Shown: positions 28,438-37,828 of the stretch, in pieces
Numbering within the stretch: position 1 is the stretch's first letter
Layout of the letters: every line of letters begins with the position of its first letter
Position numbers and translations under genes: made by a program
From: a virus
Lineage: Duplodnaviria; Caudoviricetes
DNA: 64,000 bases
Direction: 5' to 3' (one strand)
IMG/VR virus record: IMGVR_UViG_3300037067_011302
Coordinates: 96,001-160,000 of that record
Notes under the pieces: generated by a model
Told to the model about the DNA's origin: nothing
Seen by the model: only the letters and a program-made list of their open reading frames with translations
Database searches by the model: none

Positions 28438-29177
28438 TGAGGATCGTTCACATCAAACAGAAGTTGGAAGAACTACAGGTTGCCACCGACGGGATTGTCC
28501 TCGGCGATTTCGACATGATCGGTGAGTTTACGGCGAAGAGGTTCAGAGACCGCAACGATCCAAACTACAAGAAGTTCGGTGCGGCGTACAGAAGCAACTA
28601 TGAACGCGGCATCCTCGTTTACTTCCTGATCAGGCAATTAAACATCAAGACGATGTTGGAGATCGGCTTTGGAAGGGGATACGCAACCTTCTGCGCCGCG
28701 AAGGCGTTCGATGATGCCGGCGTCAAGGGAAAGATCGTAACGATCGATCCGAACGTCAATGAGGAACACGTCAACGCACTACAACGAGTTTTCCCCAGTT
28801 CGTGGTTCAAACACGTGAACCTCATCAAGGGACTGTCACAGGATGTCATTCCGAAGCTCAATGAACAATTTGGGCTCGTCTACATCAACGGCGATCATTC
28901 GATGGACGCAACGAAGCGTGATTGGGAATTGACGAACGTAAAGTGTACTCACGCAACGTTGTTCGATGATTATCACCTTCCATCGAAGGACGATCCTGGA
29001 ATCCATTGTCGTGATGCGATTGATCAGATTGATTGGAAGTCGAGTGGATTTCAAGAACCTGAATTGATCAAGCTGGACAGGAGAATCTTTGTCGATGAGA
29101 GAAGGTACACCGACGAACAGGTCGACTACGGTCAGGTCTTGGCACTCAAGGAAGGCGTCGGAATTCCGGAGTGGTAA
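28437..29177 (+). CDS. Class I SAM-dependent methyltransferase (Methyltransf_24-like)
   Basis: 'MLEIGFGRGYA', 'TIDP', 'YINGDH', 'LFDDY'. Confidence 0.85.
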   Translation: MRIVHIKQKLEELQVATDGIVLGDFDMIGEFTAKRFRDRNDPNYKKFGAAYRSNYERGILVYFLIRQLNIKTMLEIGFGRGYATFCAAKAFDDAGVKGKIVTIDPNVNEEHVNALQRVFPSSWFKHVNLIKGLSQDVIPKLNEQFGLVYINGDHSMDATKRDWELTNVKCTHATLFDDYHLPSKDDPGIHCRDAIDQIDWKSSGFQEPELIKLDRRIFVDERRYTDEQVDYGQVLALKEGVGIPEW

Positions 29178-29950
29178 TGGCTTCTGTCAAAGATAATCGT
29201 TTTGTGTTCGTGGCGTGCCATTTTAACATGGCTGACACCCTTTCTAGGATGCTTCATAGCATCGTCGGTCAATCGTACGAGAACTGGAAGCTCATCATCA
29301 CCGACGATGTTTCGGATCCTGATCAGTACGAAGCGCTGAAAGAAACTGTCAGTAAGTTCAGGACGCTCATGGGTTCGAGCACAAAGATTGAGACGTTCTT
29401 CAATGATACGAAGAGGTGGGAGGTAGAAAACGTCCTTCGTGCCATCAAGGAATGTGATGATGATGACATCATCTGTAGGATTGACTGCGATGATTGGTTG
29501 ACAGATGCTGATGCATTGTCGATCATCGATCATGCATATAAGTCATATGCTGTCGTTGATGCAATGTGGACGAAGCACAGGTGGGGATTCAGCGATAGAA
29601 ACATCAGCAATGACATGTCACAGGGTGCTGATCCATACGTGCACCCATGGGTTTCCTCTCACCTGAAGACGTTTCGAAAGAAGTTGTTGAACGGCATCCC
29701 AGTAGAAAATTTCAAGAACCAAGCAGGACAGTTTGTGCGTCGGGCAGGAGATCAGGCGATCTATTTACCGGCGCTCAAACGAGCAAACATGTGGTGCTTC
29801 ATTCCTCGTGTAATGTATCACTACTCGATCGACGAACGTGGAGGCGAGGTCTACACGACAGATGATGCAAAGTTTCAACGTGGTGAAGCTGAATTCTTGA
29901 GGGAACGAGGCTACGTCAACGAAGGCGAGCCGTGGGAGAAGTTTGTGTGA
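29177..29950 (+). CDS. Glycosyltransferase family 2
   Basis: 'SIVGQSYENWKLIITDDVS' and DxD motif 'IDCDDWL'. Confidence 0.9.
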   Translation: MASVKDNRFVFVACHFNMADTLSRMLHSIVGQSYENWKLIITDDVSDPDQYEALKETVSKFRTLMGSSTKIETFFNDTKRWEVENVLRAIKECDDDDIICRIDCDDWLTDADALSIIDHAYKSYAVVDAMWTKHRWGFSDRNISNDMSQGADPYVHPWVSSHLKTFRKKLLNGIPVENFKNQAGQFVRRAGDQAIYLPALKRANMWCFIPRVMYHYSIDERGGEVYTTDDAKFQRGEAEFLRERGYVNEGEPWEKFV

Positions 29951-30846
29951 GAATACACATCAATCGAGTTCCTATCAGGGACAAGGCATGGGGCGGCGGT
30001 AGGCACTTTTACAACGCAGTACACGATTATGCGCCTGAATTTGGGTGTGAGCTCGTCGGAGCAACACACGTGCCTGATGCATACCTGATCGCAGGGCTCG
30101 ATGACGATGATTGTTGCGTGTCGGCCGAAAAATTGTTGATGTACCGTGCACTCAGTTCTGATGTTAGGATTAGAACCGTCATTCGTGTGAATGAAAATGA
30201 CGCTAGGAAGAACACGAGGTTCGTTGATGAACGTTTGTTGAACCTGTCGTCGCGAGTTGATGGGACCGTGTTCGTGTCAAATTGGCTGCGTGATTACTTC
30301 GTGCACCGAGGTTGGAAGTGTCGCAACAATTGCGTGATTCACAACGGTGTCGACAGGAATGTTTTTCGTCGTTCACAGAAGATTGACAACGGAAAAGTCA
30401 ACATCGTCACGGCACATTGGAGTGACAATGCATTGAAGGGTCAGGACGTTGTTGAATGGTTGGATGAGTTCGTCGGAATGAACGCTGAACGATACACGTA
30501 CACGTACATCGGTAGGACAAAGGTCCGACTACGTAATTCTAAGCTGATTGCACCATTGTATGGTAAGGCACTCGGTGAAGAACTTGGTCGGTACGACGTG
30601 TGCATCAATGCAACGAGGTTCGATCCAGGACCGAACTCAGTGCTTGAACCAATCGCTTGTGAAATTCCAACGTACGTACACGTCGACGGAGGAGGTGCAG
30701 TTGAATTTGCTGGTTCAGATCACGCGTTTTCAAACACAAAAGAGTTGGAGATGATTGTCCTAGGTGAGCACGAATTGAACTCATTTGTGCCTAGCGAGTG
30801 GCGAAACGTCGTGAAGGAGTATGTTGATTTCGTCAGGAGCATTTAG
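29947..30846 (+). CDS. Glycosyltransferase family 4-like
   Basis: 'WGGG', 'VIHNGVD', 'DPGPNSVLEPIAC'. Confidence 0.85.
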   Translation: MRIHINRVPIRDKAWGGGRHFYNAVHDYAPEFGCELVGATHVPDAYLIAGLDDDDCCVSAEKLLMYRALSSDVRIRTVIRVNENDARKNTRFVDERLLNLSSRVDGTVFVSNWLRDYFVHRGWKCRNNCVIHNGVDRNVFRRSQKIDNGKVNIVTAHWSDNALKGQDVVEWLDEFVGMNAERYTYTYIGRTKVRLRNSKLIAPLYGKALGEELGRYDVCINATRFDPGPNSVLEPIACEIPTYVHVDGGGAVEFAGSDHAFSNTKELEMIVLGEHELNSFVPSEWRNVVKEYVDFVRSI

Positions 30847-30852
30847 AGTTCA

Positions 30853-31221
30853 ATGAAGGACACTGTAAAATTACATGAACTTTTCACAACGATCATAGGA
30901 GAACGTCTCACCGACATCATGATGCATCGGTCGTTGAATCACACCACGTGTGTCGAGATCTATCAAGTCATCTTCAACGTATTGTCTGACATCATTTCGA
31001 CGGCAAATGTACCGTTGACAAACGAGTCGATGAACTACGTTGCTCAACAGTACTATGACGGCGTGCTCATTAATGGAAACGCTGAACTCGATCCAAACAT
31101 CTTTGAACAACGTGCAAGGCTCGAAAACGTTGACACAAAGCAACTGGGATTGTTGATGGCGATGTTCAATCACACGCCGTTCGTCGTTCCGATCGTTGAG
31201 GAGTTTCGGAGGAGGAATTGA
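30853..31221 (+). CDS. Hypothetical protein
   Basis: 122 aa, overlaps the next gene. Confidence 0.6.
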   Translation: MKDTVKLHELFTTIIGERLTDIMMHRSLNHTTCVEIYQVIFNVLSDIISTANVPLTNESMNYVAQQYYDGVLINGNAELDPNIFEQRARLENVDTKQLGLLMAMFNHTPFVVPIVEEFRRRN

Positions 31222-32165
31222 GGGTACACTTTGACGGCGTCGACTTAGGTTCTTACAGCGGTCCAAACACGATGGCGAGAAATCTCGTCGTCGCAATGGT
31301 TGAGATGGGACATGAGATCGTCGACGAAGGTTCACGTGCAGACGTTTCATTGGTGTTCATTGAACCTTCTGGAAAACCACTCGCCAAGAAAGTCGTTCAG
31401 AGGCTAGATGGCATCTGGTTTTCACCTTCCGACTTCCTCATGAAAAATCGTAGGATCAAGTTGCTGTACGAATCCTGTGATCACGTCATTTGGCAGTCAG
31501 AATTCGACAGGATGATGACGACGAGGTGGTGGGGACAACCTCGCGTTGGAACGGTGATTCACAATGGAACGCCTGCTAACTCAGTCAAGTCATTTTCAAT
31601 TCCAGAATTTGAAAAGCTACGCAACGATCATGACGTGATCTTTGTGAGCTCTGCCAACTGGCACGGGCAAAAGCGTCTTCGCGCGAATGTAGATTTTTAC
31701 TACTATGCCAAGGATTCATTGTGTGCAGGCAAGAAGTGTTGCATGTTGATCTTTGGAACGAATCCTGATCGATTGATGGCGGATCCGACAATCTTCTATG
31801 CCGGATTGCAGTCGATGAACGTGTGTTTGGAAGCCTATTCGATGGCCGACTGGATGATTCACCTTGCGTGGTGCGATCACTCACCGAATACCGTCGTCCA
31901 GTGCCTATCGCAGGAAACGCCGGTGATCTGTACTGAAGCCGGTGGAACGGTTGAACTCGTTGATAAATTTGGCATCACGTTGAAGGAACCTTGGGACTAT
32001 GATTTTAGGCTCTATGACTACGATAGTCCTCCCGACATTGACGTCGGACAGGTCGAACGTTTGCCATCGAAGAAAGAGCTCGGTCATCACCGCGACGTGT
32101 CAATGAGAACGTGTGCAGTGCGGTACGTTGACGTGCTTGAACGTGTCATTGCCGGCCAAATATAG
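31218..32165 (+). CDS. Glycosyltransferase family 4-like
   Basis: 'RLDG', 'VIHNG', 'DHSPNTVVQCLSQETPVI..EAGG..ELV'. Confidence 0.85.
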   Translation: MRVHFDGVDLGSYSGPNTMARNLVVAMVEMGHEIVDEGSRADVSLVFIEPSGKPLAKKVVQRLDGIWFSPSDFLMKNRRIKLLYESCDHVIWQSEFDRMMTTRWWGQPRVGTVIHNGTPANSVKSFSIPEFEKLRNDHDVIFVSSANWHGQKRLRANVDFYYYAKDSLCAGKKCCMLIFGTNPDRLMADPTIFYAGLQSMNVCLEAYSMADWMIHLAWCDHSPNTVVQCLSQETPVICTEAGGTVELVDKFGITLKEPWDYDFRLYDYDSPPDIDVGQVERLPSKKELGHHRDVSMRTCAVRYVDVLERVIAGQI

Positions 32166-32172
32166 TTGACAT

Positions 32173-33078
32173 ATGCGGAAGGTTTATGTCAATTCACCCA
32201 ACGAGGGATGGATCGTTGATAGGTTCGTCGACGAATGGTACCGCGACAACGCAGACATTTCAACGAACGATCCTACAAATGCTGACGTCATCTGGTTGTT
32301 GTCTGATTGGACGTGGAATCGATTTCCGCTCAAGCTGTTGCGCGATAAGAAGGTCATCACCACCGTTCATCACATCGTTCCAGAAAAATTTGATTCTGCG
32401 GCGAAGGATGATTTCTTTCGTCGTGATGAGATCACTGACGTCTATCACGTCTTCAACGAAAGGGCATTGCAACAGGTTCGTTTCTTGTCAAAGAAGAACG
32501 TTGAATTGATCCCGTATTGGGCGAACCAACGCATCTGGCACAGGACCACCGATAGCAATTTTCTCCGTGCAAAGTACGGAATTCCAATTAATTCCTATGC
32601 CTGTGGTTCATTTCAACGTGACACTGAAGGTTCTGACCTCAAGAGCCCAAAACTTGAAAAGGGTCCGGACTTGCTAGCCGACGCACTCATCAAGTTCAAG
32701 AGTTGGAATGTTAACCTACACGTTGTCCTCGCTGGTTGGCGTAGGCAATACATCATGCGTCGTCTTGACGACGCTGGAATCAATTTTACGTACGTTGAAA
32801 GGCCAAATCAAGAGATTGTAAATGAGCTATACCAAACGCTTAGCTTATATCCTGTCACTGCTAGGCACGAAGGCGGTCCTCAATCGTTGATCGAATGTGG
32901 CTTGTTGGAAGTACCCGTCGTTTCAAGACCCGTCGGCATTGCAGAACAGGTGCTTCCATTATCGTCAATCTCTGACGACATTACGCTTGCAAAGCCAGCA
33001 GTTCCTAACGTGAAGCACATGTTGCTTCCTGAGGGTTACAAACCGTACAGAGCGTTGATTGAGAGCGTTGAATTCTGA
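32173..33078 (+). CDS. Glycosyltransferase family 4-like
   Basis: 'EKGPD', 'HEGGPQSLIECG...PVVS'. Confidence 0.85.
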   Translation: MRKVYVNSPNEGWIVDRFVDEWYRDNADISTNDPTNADVIWLLSDWTWNRFPLKLLRDKKVITTVHHIVPEKFDSAAKDDFFRRDEITDVYHVFNERALQQVRFLSKKNVELIPYWANQRIWHRTTDSNFLRAKYGIPINSYACGSFQRDTEGSDLKSPKLEKGPDLLADALIKFKSWNVNLHVVLAGWRRQYIMRRLDDAGINFTYVERPNQEIVNELYQTLSLYPVTARHEGGPQSLIECGLLEVPVVSRPVGIAEQVLPLSSISDDITLAKPAVPNVKHMLLPEGYKPYRALIESVEF

Positions 33079-33089
33079 GGTAAATTATC

Positions 33090-34244
33090 ATGTCGAAAAA
33101 GTTAAACATTTTGGTTCTTGACACAGATGATAGAGGAGCACAGGCAGGTTTTCCTTATCATTATTGTAAACTTGGACACAATGTTTATATGCCAAAACCA
33201 AAAAGTGTTGGAATTCCGTGGCATAGGACAGTGACTTGGCCTCGTTTGTTGATGAGACCGATGTTTGACGATAATGTGTTGATGAATGTTGATAAACATC
33301 CGTTAGAACTTCCTGTTACATTTGGTGAAGACAACATGCTTGTTGATGAACTTGATGATATCAGGTCACAACACATACAATCAATTGCGCGGTGTGAGCT
33401 TGTTGATCTATCAAAAGAAAAAATTCATATAGATGCGTTTCATACCTCTAGTAACGCCGTTGCTGAATTAAAAACGTTGTTCAAGTACGTTAGTGATTAT
33501 ACACCAAGCGCAAAGTGGATATCATCGTCATTCAATCACTGGGATCATAATCCATATGGATTATCACCTAAAAATGTCGTGAGATCGTTGACGGCAAATT
33601 ATGACAACAAATATAATGATGTAAATGTTTGTGATTGTTATAGACATCATACAGAGTTTGACTTATTGGGTGTTGACAGAAATGTCAAGCATAATCGTAG
33701 TGGATTTGCGTCATTTAATCACAACTACAGCATGCGTCATCCTGAGGAATGGCAATTTTTCTGTGAGATGAACAAAATACTTGTCTCTATGAGATATCCA
33801 CAAGTTCCAAATCACGGTGGAAATATTAGAGGACAAGGTGCTGACACACGTTATTCTGGAAACAACGGAATAACCGGACAGTTGGTCACGTTGACTCCAA
33901 GACAAGCTGCACAAAAATACATGACAATACGTGCAGTAGTTCATTTCAAAAAAACTGACTGGCACAGTGGTGGAGTTCCTTCGTGTTGTAGATTTGCTTC
34001 CACACCTCTGATCACCACAAGAACGTTCGTTGATACGTCGCACTCACAGTCAACGCTCATCGACGGAGAAAATTGTGTGATCGTCAACACACCACGTCAG
34101 GCCGCAGAAGCAGTGATGAGGTTGACGCACGATGATGCATACGTGAAGAAGCTTTCGCTTGGAATGGAACAATCACACAAGCGAATCTTTGAGTCGCAAT
34201 CATATTGGGATGCGTGGGAACGTATGTTGAACAACTTGGTGTGA
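33090..34244 (+). CDS. Putative GT-B glycosyltransferase (AT-rich)
   Basis: C-terminal 'TPLIT...LIDGENC' is GT-B-like; sits inside the glycan cluster. Confidence 0.55.
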   Translation: MSKKLNILVLDTDDRGAQAGFPYHYCKLGHNVYMPKPKSVGIPWHRTVTWPRLLMRPMFDDNVLMNVDKHPLELPVTFGEDNMLVDELDDIRSQHIQSIARCELVDLSKEKIHIDAFHTSSNAVAELKTLFKYVSDYTPSAKWISSSFNHWDHNPYGLSPKNVVRSLTANYDNKYNDVNVCDCYRHHTEFDLLGVDRNVKHNRSGFASFNHNYSMRHPEEWQFFCEMNKILVSMRYPQVPNHGGNIRGQGADTRYSGNNGITGQLVTLTPRQAAQKYMTIRAVVHFKKTDWHSGGVPSCCRFASTPLITTRTFVDTSHSQSTLIDGENCVIVNTPRQAAEAVMRLTHDDAYVKKLSLGMEQSHKRIFESQSYWDAWERMLNNLV

Positions 34245-34263
34245 TTAAGTTAGGATTATAAAT

Positions 34264-34995
34264 ATGATGAAAATATTTGTTGGTGTGATATCATGTGGAG
34301 AAGGAGATAAAGATCGAAGTTTTTCTTCAATAGAGGCACAAGAACGTGGCAACATCATTAGTGATGTTGAAATATTCAAAATTGACGATCTTTCTGAAAA
34401 AAAAGCACATGATCTATTGCATGAAGCATTTCGTGATGCATCAATGAACAACTATGATGTGTTGATCAAAGTTGATGCTGATACAGTTTTAGCACACCAA
34501 CAAATATTTATCAATATATGTGAACAGTTTGTAGCAAATCCTAAAGTCACTAAAGTACAAGCGCCATTGCATGATTATTTCATAGATGATTTGTTGAATG
34601 GTCTTAATAGCTTTTCTAGAAATGTGAAATTTCGTAAATCATGTGACACATTATTTTGTGATCGTGTTGATGAAGCTCACAATGTGAGGTTGTATCAGAG
34701 AGATCTACCACAAAGTCTCATTCCTGCAGGATTTCATTGTCACTATGCGACCGAATGTCAGGCATTTCATTATGGTCTTCATCGTGAATTAAAGGGACAA
34801 AAAGATACACTTGCATTAGTTAAAAAAGCGTTCCAAAAAAATAGAGATCGAATACGTGGCATGGCACTCCTCGGTGCACAGGCAGCAGGCTCATTCACAA
34901 AATTTGGTGGATTCAACTATGCTGACAAACAATTTTGTGATGCATTTGAAAAATCTTCAAATGAATATGATCGTTTGATTACTTGTTTGAGATGA
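34264..34995 (+). CDS. Putative GT-A glycosyltransferase (AT-rich)
   Basis: DxD motif 'IKVDADTVL'. Confidence 0.65.
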   Translation: MMKIFVGVISCGEGDKDRSFSSIEAQERGNIISDVEIFKIDDLSEKKAHDLLHEAFRDASMNNYDVLIKVDADTVLAHQQIFINICEQFVANPKVTKVQAPLHDYFIDDLLNGLNSFSRNVKFRKSCDTLFCDRVDEAHNVRLYQRDLPQSLIPAGFHCHYATECQAFHYGLHRELKGQKDTLALVKKAFQKNRDRIRGMALLGAQAAGSFTKFGGFNYADKQFCDAFEKSSNEYDRLITCLR

Positions 34996-34999
34996 TTGA

Positions 35000-35200
35000 A
35001 TGCGTTCACGAATCTTGTGTATTGTTGACACGAAGGACTATGTTTTCTCGAAGATCTATCAACACAAACTGCACAAAGCGTATGAACGTGATGTTACACA
35101 CATCATTCGTGAGTCTGCACTCCGGCATCAAGCAGAATTGGAGCGGGTGGGAAAGAGGAAATTTTCACATCGCATGTACGAACACTGGAGTATAAATTAA
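35000..35200 (+). CDS. Short hypothetical protein or truncated gene fragment
   Basis: 66 aa ORF filling the gap between a glycosyltransferase and ugd. Confidence 0.35.
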   Translation: MRSRILCIVDTKDYVFSKIYQHKLHKAYERDVTHIIRESALRHQAELERVGKRKFSHRMYEHWSIN

Positions 35201-35209
35201 GGTATTACC

Positions 35210-36151
35210 ATGGCAAAAAGCGTTGCAGTGATCGGTCAGGGATTTGTCGGTGGGTCATTGACGACCGTTTTGAACGAGCGGTGCATTGACGTGTTCGTCT
35301 ACGATAAGGCCGGAAAAGTATCTCCTGGAGGAATTCCTGGAGTCGGCGGCAAACCCATGTTTTCGTCGTTGACGAACATGGTTGAATTGATCGAGCAGAA
35401 TCAAAAGTTTTCGAGGATTTACTTCGTGTGTCTGCCGACTCCGATGAACAAGGACGGAAGTGCAAACCTGTCTATCGTTGAAGGCGCTCTGACAGAGCTG
35501 GCGAACATTCCTGGAAAGGAACGGATTGCCGTTGTCAAGTCGACCGTTCCACCCGGATCAACACAGGCATGGAACGATAAGTTTGCCGACAAGCTTCACG
35601 TCGTGTTCTGTCCTGAATTTCTCACCGAAGCAAACGCCCTCGACGACATGAGGAACCAAGATCGGATCATCCTCGGTGGGCCACGCCCGTGGATCAACAA
35701 GGTGAAGCAGCTATTTCAGACTGCATTTCCAAACGTTCCGATCATCAAGACGAGCAGCACGAATGCCGAGCTGACGAAGTACGTCACCAACTGTTTCTTG
35801 GCACTGAAGGTCTCGTTTGCAAACGAACTGTACCAGCTATGTGCCGCGCTCGATGCCAAGGGTCTCAATGCAGACTACGATCGTGTCGTTGAGTGTGCAA
35901 CACTCGATAAACGACTCGGAACGTCTCACTGGCAAGTTCCAGGACCCATGCCAGCATCGGACACAGGAGAGCCAGCGTTCGGTTGGGCTGGATCGTGCTT
36001 CATCAAGGATGTCAACGCCCTAATCTATGTCGCTCGACAATTAGGTATCGATCCAAAGGTGATCGATGGCGCATGGCAGAAGAACCTTGAGGTCAGGCCA
36101 CAACGTGATTGGGAGAAGCTCGTCGGTCGTGCCGTCACAGAAGAAAAGTGA
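35210..36151 (+). CDS. ugd: UDP-glucose/GDP-mannose dehydrogenase family protein (short form)
   Basis: GQGFVG Rossmann motif, 'VCLPTP', 'KSTVPPG', 'PEFL', 'AELTKY..N' and catalytic 'GSCFIKD'; 313 aa. Confidence 0.9.
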   Translation: MAKSVAVIGQGFVGGSLTTVLNERCIDVFVYDKAGKVSPGGIPGVGGKPMFSSLTNMVELIEQNQKFSRIYFVCLPTPMNKDGSANLSIVEGALTELANIPGKERIAVVKSTVPPGSTQAWNDKFADKLHVVFCPEFLTEANALDDMRNQDRIILGGPRPWINKVKQLFQTAFPNVPIIKTSSTNAELTKYVTNCFLALKVSFANELYQLCAALDAKGLNADYDRVVECATLDKRLGTSHWQVPGPMPASDTGEPAFGWAGSCFIKDVNALIYVARQLGIDPKVIDGAWQKNLEVRPQRDWEKLVGRAVTEEK

Positions 36152-36388
36152 TTAGATAGAACCGAAATTGCCGCCTCGTCGAGGACGATCTGCGCCGGCC
36201 ATAGGAAAGTGTCCCACGTGTTCTGAATGAGCACGCTCTTCCTCTGCACACTCAGGACACAGTTCTTCGTCGGTGCAGAATGGGCACATCTCTTTGTCGT
36301 CTTCTTCTGGGAATCCAACGTCAGGTTCGTTCTCCTGCCACTCACGTAGCACGCACTTGATGAATCGTTTCAGAGTGTCCTTTGTCAT
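36152..36388 (-). CDS. Small acidic zinc-finger protein with an 'LKRFIKCVLRE' leader
   Basis: CPFC..CPEC motif; counter-oriented; CTATTTA motif at 36394-36400. Confidence 0.6.
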   Translation of the reverse strand: MTKDTLKRFIKCVLREWQENEPDVGFPEEDDKEMCPFCTDEELCPECAEEERAHSEHVGHFPMAGADRPRRGGNFGSI

Positions 36389-36409
36389 GTGTCTAAATAG
36401 GGAGTCAAC

Positions 36410-36661
36410 GTGAAATTCCTATTTGAATTGACGCTTGAACGGGAACACAGATCATTGTATGTTCATTTCGTGTTCAAGTGTCCTTGGTGTAACGCACAAT
36501 TTGCGTCAGAGTCTTCTGTCGTTCGACATTCGGGTCGAATTCACAAGCACGGTCGTCGTGACTATGACGTTCTCATGAAGTACAACAGCATCATTCCAAC
36601 ATGTGAATGTGGATGTGGCGAAGAAGTTAGTGATCGTCATTATTTAATTGTTGTAAATTGA
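36410..36661 (+). pseudogene. Truncated C2H2 zinc finger + CxCGCG module (homing-endonuclease-like N-terminus)
   Basis: 'FKCPWC...VRH..RIH' and 'PTCECGCGEEV', then a stop immediately before tnpB. Confidence 0.55.
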
Positions 36662-36670
36662 AATTGTCAA

Positions 36671-37822
36671 ATGTTTCGCGCGGTCAAAACCAAGTTGGAT
36701 AATCTTTTGGAATCTGAGATTCAGTCTCTTAGAGAAACCCAGCGTATTGCAACGAACGTGTACAATGACTATGTCAACTACGCGTTTGAGCACCAAAAGT
36801 GCTCAAGGTTCGACCTACAGAAGGCGTTGTACTATGTTGAACGGGAGAAGTTTCCTGAATTTCATTCTTCACTCGTTCAATCGATCATCGTTGAAGTAAT
36901 GAGTGCACTCAAGGCGGTCAAGTACAAGTTTCGCCCACACCGGAGTGAGAACGCTTCTCTCACGTATGACGTGAGGATGTTCAAATTACGAGGTGATCAA
37001 CTTTCGCTCAGCACGACAGGAAAGCGCTTCAGGACGATCATTCAGTTTCCTGACTGGTGTAAAGACATCATTAAGGAAGGAAAATCAAAGACAATTCAAC
37101 TTATTTGGGACAGGAAAAATCAGCGGTTTGATGCTCGGATCGTGTTCAAACTTCCCGATGTTGAGAAGAAGGACGAAGGTAAGGTCATCGGAATTGACCA
37201 AGGATTGGTCAATTTGGCAGTCACTTCAGAAGGTGAATTTTTTGGTGCGAAGAAAACAAGGAGGAATCAAAGGAAGTTTTTATTTTTGAGGAGAAAGCTC
37301 TCGGCAAAAGGCACTCGTTCCGCAAAGAGATTGTTGAAAAATCTCAGTGGAAAAGAGAAGCGGTTTAACCGAGACGTAAATCACTGCATTGCAAAGAAGC
37401 TTGCGTCACGTAGTGACGTAAAGGCATACGTCATTGAGGATCTCAAGGGAATCAGGAACCAAAAATGTGGGAAAAAGCTTAACAAACTTCTTTCCTCATG
37501 GACGTTCTGTCAACTTGAATCTTTCCTCACGTACAAGTGCCTTGCGAATGGAATCTCCGTTCAAAAAGTGAGTCCAGCGTACACCTCACAGAAGTGTTCA
37601 AATTGTGGACGGATCCATAAAGAGAATCGTAATCAAGGACGTTACGTTTGTGATAAGTGTGGGTTCAAAATTCATGCAGATGTAAACGCAGCGATCAACA
37701 TACGAGATAAGTGGGTCTCAAAATCATCCTATGGTTTAGCCCATAGGCAGGGTACATTCGATTGCCCGAACGGGAATAACAGAAATGTCAAGTCCCAAGA
37801 TCATCACATAGGTAATGGTTAA
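36671..37822 (+). CDS. tnpB: IS200/IS605-family RNA-guided nuclease TnpB (no tnpA)
   Basis: RuvC-I GIDQG, RuvC-II IEDL, 'YTSQKCSNC...CDKC', RuvC-III HADVNAAINI. Confidence 0.93.
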   Translation: MFRAVKTKLDNLLESEIQSLRETQRIATNVYNDYVNYAFEHQKCSRFDLQKALYYVEREKFPEFHSSLVQSIIVEVMSALKAVKYKFRPHRSENASLTYDVRMFKLRGDQLSLSTTGKRFRTIIQFPDWCKDIIKEGKSKTIQLIWDRKNQRFDARIVFKLPDVEKKDEGKVIGIDQGLVNLAVTSEGEFFGAKKTRRNQRKFLFLRRKLSAKGTRSAKRLLKNLSGKEKRFNRDVNHCIAKKLASRSDVKAYVIEDLKGIRNQKCGKKLNKLLSSWTFCQLESFLTYKCLANGISVQKVSPAYTSQKCSNCGRIHKENRNQGRYVCDKCGFKIHADVNAAINIRDKWVSKSSYGLAHRQGTFDCPNGNNRNVKSQDHHIGNG

Positions 37823-37828
37823 GTCGAA

